DNA of 63,487 nucleotides, the filler included, from Craspedostauros australis (taxonomy: Eukaryota): the NCBI GenBank assembly GCA_030167865.1. It is 13 parts of 13 records of this genome, joined end to end, with 100 filler letters (N's around TTAATTAATTAA, not from the genome) between each part and the next. Parts side by side here need not be neighbours in the genome. Positions count along the whole stretch, not along the records: positions 56,342 to 61,961 come from JALAGF010001283.1; positions 62,062 to 63,487 come from JALAGF010001285.1; 11 more parts are not named here. One strand, 5' to 3'. Below are positions 57,255 to 63,487 of this stretch, piece after piece (positions within the stretch are counted from its first letter, which is position 1; every line of letters starts with the position of its first letter). The notes below the pieces were generated by a model. That model worked only from the letters and a program-made list of their open reading frames with translations, did no database searches and was not told the origin of the DNA. Both the position numbers and the translations under genes were made by a program.

Positions 57255-59630
57255 TTGACATTTCATCCAGAGGACGGCATGCCAAACAAGATTTCTATCA
57301 AGAAGCTTGGTGCCAACCTCCGGCCTCTGGATGAACCAGCAGCTGATGACTCTGTGCTGGAAGCCTCCAATCATAATTCCAACCACAATAACGGCCACAG
57401 CTGCACCAGCAGGAACAGCACCAACAGGACTGATGCCAACAACAACAACAAAAGGCCAGCACCAAGCAGACGAATCACACGAAGCAGCACATATGATAGA
57501 TCAAGCAAGGATGGCACTTCTGCCTCTACTGCTCCCAATGACACAGATGGGAGCAACGACAGTGCATGGGCTGCATACAAGGATGCATCAGACAATATCA
57601 AAGAGACGGATTCTGATGATGACATCAACTACCTTGGGATGTCCAACAAAGGGGTCGAAAACAGATCCCAAACCATCCCCCTGGACCCCATCACTGCAAG
57701 ATTTGGCACCTTTTTTGAGCTATCAGAGGCCCAAAGAGTTGCCAAGTTTCGCAAGCTGAGTCAAACCATTGAGGTCTTTCACACAACTCAAGTGTGGAGG
57801 CCTTGTGGTGAGAGATATCGTATGGTTGGGGTGGATTTCCATATGCCTGTGTGCACCACCAGGAATGATGCAACAGTGACCATCGAAAGTTGGAAGGTGG
57901 ACGGCATACCTCGGATGTTCCTGGTGTTGCTATATAAGCCACCAACAGCTTTTGGAGATGACGGAAGCATTGTCGATACACTCATTGACAAGTTGGGCCA
58001 ACCATTCTCTGACGCAGGACAGAAACGGGCTGCCCATGTGCAGCAGTTTCGGAATGAAGACTTTGCAGAGTCATTCCGATCAGAAATGCTTGTGCCCATG
58101 CCATTTCCTATTGATACCATCTTCTGTGACACACCATGCCAAAAATTGGGAGGAGTGGTCTGGTTACGTCATGCTTTGCGGGACAATGACGGTGTCACCC
58201 ACAACATCCTCACTATAACGGTACGTTTGAAGGAAGCCACCAATGTTGGTGTGACCCGCCACTTCTCTGTATTCCATGGTCTGGGCTTTACAGATGGTGA
58301 CGGAAACCATCAGGATGGCCATGACAAAGTCACTAACACACAAAGCTGCGCCACCAACATTACCACCCAAAATGCAAACAACACTCTGACAAGCACAATG
58401 ACCAATAAGGTCGGCACTGCAGCCACAACGGCTGGCAACAGCATCACACCATCAACACCACAGCCCACAATCGAGTTGGGAGGTCGCCACCCCACGCCAG
58501 CGGGGGACAGTCTGCGCAACAACAACAACAGACAACTACCATCAGCCACACAGCCAAGACTGGATGGCCAACAGGCCATGCCCGCAGCTTCCGCAATCAA
58601 TCACCCAACTGCAACCCAGACCGCCACTGAAGACTCCATGTCAGTTATGACAGACAGTACCGATATAATGCGAGATCGTATTGAAATCAAGAGGGCAACA
58701 ATTGAGATGATGGAGGCTCAACTGGCGCTCAAGGTGGAGGCTAAGCATGTGAAGAAGGCACAGAATGAAGCCTTGCAACAGAGACCCAGATTGTTTGGAG
58801 ACATCAACGGAGCACGACGAGCAACAAAAAAGCCTCGCCTTGCCAAAGAAGTGCCCCTGGCAGGTCCCGAAGTCAGTGTGGATGTCTCCCCAAATGGCAA
58901 CAGATGGTGGGAGCATGGGGATATCAGCCTCGATGCGGCGTTGGTTGAAGGTGCTGGCCAGTCGGCAAGCAGATCAGTTGGTGGAGATCCAACAGCAACA
59001 GTTCTGGCAGGTGTGAGAGCTGGTGCACGACGGTACATGCACCATCGCCCAAGTTTGGATGAAAGAAACATTCTCCCATCCCCTGTACGGGCCCGACCAT
59101 CCCAGGAAGGCAATACCCATCACACAACACGAACAAATATTCAGGCGATGCCACCACCGCGATCACCAGCAGCAGCATTGGTGGAAGGCTCAGACAGTGG
59201 AAGAGTAAGGGCACAGGCAGAGGGGACGGCAGCAGCAGGATCGCCTCTTCGGGTCCTACCAGCCCACGAAGGAGATGCCCATCACACAACACGAACAGGT
59301 ATGCAGGCAATGCCATCACCGCGATCACCAGCAGCAGCATCGGTGGAAGGCTCAGACAGTGAAAGACTAAGGGCACAGGCAGAGGGGACAGCAGCAGCAG
59401 GATCGCCTCTTCGGGTCCTACCAGCCCAGGAAGGAGATGCCCATCACACAACACGAACAGATATGCAGGCAATGCCATCACCAACAGCAGTAACAGCAGA
59501 AGCCAAAAGCACCAGGATCGGAATGACATCGCCAACAGCAATGCTCGAATCAACTGAAACGGTCCCTGGAGATGATAAAAGGGCAGCAGAGCAGAAGGGA
59601 GTTCGGAAGAAGCACTGGAGGTTGAAGTAG
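57255..59630 (+). CDS. Hypothetical protein (791-aa open frame) with a central folded domain and 54-aa tandem repeats; possibly transposon-borne
   Basis: Long open frame with no ATG at its start; a probable upstream exon (56923-57129) is interrupted. 162-bp repeats start near 59117, 59279 and 59441. Confidence 0.5.
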   Translation: MTFHPEDGMPNKISIKKLGANLRPLDEPAADDSVLEASNHNSNHNNGHSCTSRNSTNRTDANNNNKRPAPSRRITRSSTYDRSSKDGTSASTAPNDTDGSNDSAWAAYKDASDNIKETDSDDDINYLGMSNKGVENRSQTIPLDPITARFGTFFELSEAQRVAKFRKLSQTIEVFHTTQVWRPCGERYRMVGVDFHMPVCTTRNDATVTIESWKVDGIPRMFLVLLYKPPTAFGDDGSIVDTLIDKLGQPFSDAGQKRAAHVQQFRNEDFAESFRSEMLVPMPFPIDTIFCDTPCQKLGGVVWLRHALRDNDGVTHNILTITVRLKEATNVGVTRHFSVFHGLGFTDGDGNHQDGHDKVTNTQSCATNITTQNANNTLTSTMTNKVGTAATTAGNSITPSTPQPTIELGGRHPTPAGDSLRNNNNRQLPSATQPRLDGQQAMPAASAINHPTATQTATEDSMSVMTDSTDIMRDRIEIKRATIEMMEAQLALKVEAKHVKKAQNEALQQRPRLFGDINGARRATKKPRLAKEVPLAGPEVSVDVSPNGNRWWEHGDISLDAALVEGAGQSASRSVGGDPTATVLAGVRAGARRYMHHRPSLDERNILPSPVRARPSQEGNTHHTTRTNIQAMPPPRSPAAALVEGSDSGRVRAQAEGTAAAGSPLRVLPAHEGDAHHTTRTGMQAMPSPRSPAAASVEGSDSERLRAQAEGTAAAGSPLRVLPAQEGDAHHTTRTDMQAMPSPTAVTAEAKSTRIGMTSPTAMLESTETVPGDDKRAAEQKGVRKKHWRLK

Positions 59631-61469
59631 CATCAACAACATCAACACCATCAACAGAAGGAGGGATGGAAGAACAAAACCCTCAACACGAGGATGCCAA
59701 TGAGGTGAATGAGCAAGGAGAGGCAACTGCTACTGGGATGATGACTTGAGGGAGGCCAGCACGACAGCGCCGTGGTGATGCAGGTTGACTGCCTCAGTAT
59801 GGCGAATGAAAGTTGTAGATGCAGAAGAGAATGGCATAAATAGTGGAGTCAGAATGTGCAACTTTTGCTTGTTGTAACTAGACAAATCCTGCCGATGGAA
59901 TGCAACAAGTCAACTGGCAAGAGAGTCACAACAACATCCGCAACCCCCATTCGAAGAGAGGGGAACATGCTGGCTCTGTGGCTGTCGAATGTGTGGAATT
60001 TCATGGAAGGGGTGGAGGATCCGCAGACCAGAATGACAAAATCCAAAAAACGACAAAATGCAGTACATGCACAACACAAGAATAAGCAGAAAAGCCACAA
60101 GTCCCTTTGGAAATACGTAAGAATGTTTCGCCATTTGGTTGCCTGCATCCATTTTTTACTTTCGTTTTGCTTTGTCGCAATTCGCAAAAAAAAAACGCCG
60201 TTTTCCCTTCCTCCCCATGGTCAGACACACAACCACACAAGTAGAATCGACCAGGCTGGATCACACCAAACCAGCAACCGGCATGCACAGAGACACTGAG
60301 GGAGATTGGGCTGCTGTGTCGAACACTGCATGTGCCATCTTCGACTGGAAGTGCCGCGCTTGGACTAAGACATTCCATTGTTCTATTTCGCGTTCGGATC
60401 GTGGAACACGGACTTACTCATGTTGTCGCGTCTTGCGCTGTTTGGATCGAAACAGTGTTTCTCCTGTATTGCCTGGAGCGCATTGGCCCCACATGCTGGT
60501 CGGTGTGAACGCACATTGCAAAGTTGAACGGTTGGCGACATGAGGCGCCATGTACTGGGGATGTTGCTGTGGTGGTTGCAGTTTCAGACAGACACCTTCA
60601 GGAAAATTGGTAAAATCAACGACATATCGCATTTATTAGCCCTTTCTCATCCCATTTTGGCGTACGTTCGAGACTATTTAATGCCTTTTGCGTCGATTGG
60701 GACATGAAAAACAAAATTTAGACTCAAATTTGTAGCGTTTTGTACACTTCATGCCACTATTGGAGATATCAGCGTCTTTGGGACGATTGTGTTGCGGATT
60801 AGTGGGAATGTGCTGAACCGTTGTTTCCAACCTGTCCCTACGAGGGTGTATTTAACCAATACAACCAAATGTCCCATCCTCCATGGTTTTTTTTTTTCAA
60901 CATTTGGAAACTTCCACCACGTCTGCTTCGGAATGTGACGTTGCGACTTGCTCGTCCTCTATTCGTGAGGTGGGATTTTGCCGCCCCAACGAATTGTCCG
61001 ATCCTGGATGGTCTTTTCACGACCTTGCGAGTCAACCGCAACCACTGGTGCGGAATGCGCTGTGGCATTTTCCTCCTTCTCAACTCACGAGGGTGTGGTT
61101 CACCCCTACAGCTGACTGTCGAATCCTGCATGGCCTTTCCGCTACCTTGTGAGACCACGACCAATGACGATGGTTGTCACATGGTGACTCGTTTGCGCCA
61201 GGTTCTGTGCATGCCCATGACCAGAAAGAAACGCATCCGCATCGCGGCAGAGCACACGACCGTGCTGTTCGGCTTCAACACAAACGAAGGATGGGAGAAA
61301 CAAAGGAGCCCACATGAACGCACCAGTACGCGCCAGTACGCGCCAGTACGCGCCAGTACACCCACAGCAGTGTTACAACACGACAGCTCCAGTCGCAACG
61401 TCCACCAAAACGGCCATACATCCTGTCCAAACGAGTCGATGATCCCACAAAAACAAAATCGCAAAACTA

Positions 61470-61961
61470 AAAACACAACACAACACCACACGACGCACCA
61501 CAACACAACACAACCCACCACTCTCATCACGACACACCACAACACAACCCATAACGATCACCACGACGCACCACAACATGACGCACCACAACACAACATG
61601 ACGCACCACAACACAACATGACGCACCACAACACAACATGACGCACCACAACACAACATGACGCACCACAACACAACATGACGCACCACAACACAACATG
61701 ACGCACCACAACACAACATGACGCACCACAACACAACATGACGCACCACAACACAACATGACGCACCACAACACAACATGACGCACCACAACACAACATG
61801 ACGCACCACAACACAACACAACACAACACAACACAACACAACACAACACAACACAACACACCACAACACAACACACCACAACATGACACACCACAACATG
61901 ACACACCACAACATGACACACCACAACATGACACACCACAACATGACGCACCACAACATGA
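61470..61961. repeat. Compound minisatellite: 20-mer ACACAACATGACGCACCACA x11, (CAACA)n, and a 15-mer CCACAACATGACACA run
   Basis: Directly visible: 61591-61810 perfect 20-mers, 61811-61860 pentamers, 61876-61950 15-mers. Confidence 0.95.
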
Positions 61962-62061
61962 NNNNNNNNNNNNNNNNNNNNNNNNNNNNNNNNNNNNNNN
62001 NNNNNTTAATTAATTAANNNNNNNNNNNNNNNNNNNNNNNNNNNNNNNNNNNNNNNNNNNN

Positions 62062-62215
62062 GGCGCTGAGTCCAACAAGTCGACGTAATTTATCCCTCGT
62101 GTTAAATTGTCGCACTAATTCTCCATTTGCGTCCTGACGCAAAAGTTCGAAAATTGTCTCGAAATTTGCGTCCTGACGCATCTTGGGTCCATTATCGCGA
62201 CGAAAAATCACCGTG
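62062..62215 (-). mobile_element. Probable DNA-transposon terminus (CACGGTG...) inserted into Copia pol
   Basis: Two copies of quasi-palindrome TGCGTCCTGACGCA 40 nt apart. The segment ends in ...AAAAATCACCGTG immediately before integrase-like sequence begins. Confidence 0.4.
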
Positions 62216-62218
62216 GAT

Positions 62219-63487
62219 ATTCTCATCGATGCAAGACTGAACGTGAAATTCGAATTCACGGCATCGAACACGCCGCAACAGAACAGCAGAGTGGAACGCA
62301 AGTTCGCGTACCTCTACACCAAGATCCGCTCCATGCTCAACGGAGCACAGCTCGACGAAGAGTATAGGCATGGCCTGTGGGCAGCAGCTGCTAGCACTGC
62401 CACTGTCATCGCCAATATCACCGTAGCGAAGAACCAGAAGGAGTCACCACATCGACAATTCTTCGGAAACGATCCACCATACGCGGATGCACTCCGCACA
62501 TTTGGAGAAGTGGGTGTTGTGAAGACTACCTACGGCGGGATTACCGCCAAGCTCAAGAACAGAGGAGAAGAGATGGTGTTCATCGGATATGCACACCAAC
62601 ANGCATCAGGGGTCTACAACATGTACAGACCATCGACCAAGTCACTCATCTGTTCACGGGACATCAAGTGGCTCAACCAATCATACGGACAGTTCCGTGG
62701 CTGGACACCAGCACCGAACATATCCAACGAAACAGGAACAACGGACGCAGACGGCTTCACAACCATCGGACGGAAGGGAGCAACGCCAAGGACGGCAACG
62801 CGTCAAACATCCGAAGCGAAGAGAGTATCTTTTGCTGACAGCAACAGATACTACATCCTATCAGACAGCGATGATGAGGATAATGAGGACAACGGAGTAG
62901 TAACTCAACTAATCCAGAATGACGAGGAAGATCGGAGCGAATCCGATCATGAGGATGACGAGATCCTACCATCCGGCGACGAAGCCGATGATGACGCAGG
63001 CGTCACCCCTCCGAATACACCAGCGAGGTCTACACATGACACACCATCCAGACCTCCACCGAGCAAACCAAGCAAGCGTGACATAGCTAGAAAGGAGAGA
63101 ATCCGACGTCACGAAGCACGAGGCAGGAAGGGAGAAGTCAATCCCAAGTCAACTGCAGGGAAGAGTATTCCCAGAGCTCTGCGCGAGCTCGCAGACTTCA
63201 ACGAACGAGGTCAAAAGGAAGAAGGTTATGAGAGCGATTCATCATCCAATGAGGCGAGTGACGAACTCAGCGACAAGATGATCGATGATTCCAACAACGA
63301 AACTACAGATGATGAAGAAATCGAAGACGAAGATGAAGAGATCGAGATCACTCACCATAGCACAACTGGATTATACGGGATGAATGCAATCATCACCGAG
63401 AGGCCAGCGATCGACATCGGATTGTCGATGCAGGACGAGAACAAGGAACCAGAGAAGCACATCGAACCAACGACATTCGATGGAGCC
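62219..63487 (+). mobile_element. Ty1/Copia pol fragment: integrase core C-half, SH3-like region and acidic linker up to the RT start (absent from the ORF track because it has no stop)
   Basis: Open frame reads VKFEFTASNTPQQNSRVERKF...RSML...LWAAAASTAT...LRTFGE...KLKNRG...FIGYA...SRDIKWL...EPTTFDGA. Confidence 0.9.

Noticed and set aside
61177..61959. Cys/Val-rich 'metallothionein-like' ORFs
   Set aside because: Translations of the minisatellite; open in several frames only because the repeat lacks stops.
13204..62061. Regularly recurring TTAATTAATTAA palindrome, and ORFs ending in X...LIN
   Set aside because: Artificial contig-joining spacer with six-frame stops. It is not a biological repeat, and cross-linker gene neighbourhoods are meaningless.

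Overview
Eukaryotic, intron-containing DNA, almost certainly from a diatom or related ochrophyte. Support: GT-AG introns that restore reading frames, an ASAFAP-type plastid presequence, Pro/Thr-repeat proteins, CoDi-like Copia fragments and cyclase-phosphodiesterase genes. The window is not one locus. It is 13 short contigs joined by 12 artificial 100-nt linkers (N44-TTAATTAATTAA-N44), so adjacency across linkers has no biological meaning. Complete host genes: an S8/S53-like peptidase, two PT-repeat surface proteins (one with FG-GAP repeats), a GT31-like glycosyltransferase, a plastid-targeted protein, a low-complexity protein with a FAR1/WRKY-like Zn finger, an RVxF-type protein, a TPS/TPP fusion with altered catalytic motifs and a protein kinase. 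Partial or decayed host genes: a DUF1800 fragment, two tandem cyclase-PDE gene ends and an ankyrin-BTB gene. Much of the rest is fragmented mobile DNA: Copia pol, gag and LTR pieces, a LINE ORF1, a probable tyrosine-recombinase retroelement gag and DNA-transposon ends. There is no CRISPR array or prokaryotic operon, and I cannot support a complete new multi-gene system. The best leads are a conserved hairpin-plus-18-nt module in two diverged non-coding repeats, the probable pseudo-enzyme TPS, the intron-bearing bacterial-type peptidase, a hidden BTB domain and a possible histone H3-tail mimic. All family assignments come from motif recognition by eye, not database searches.
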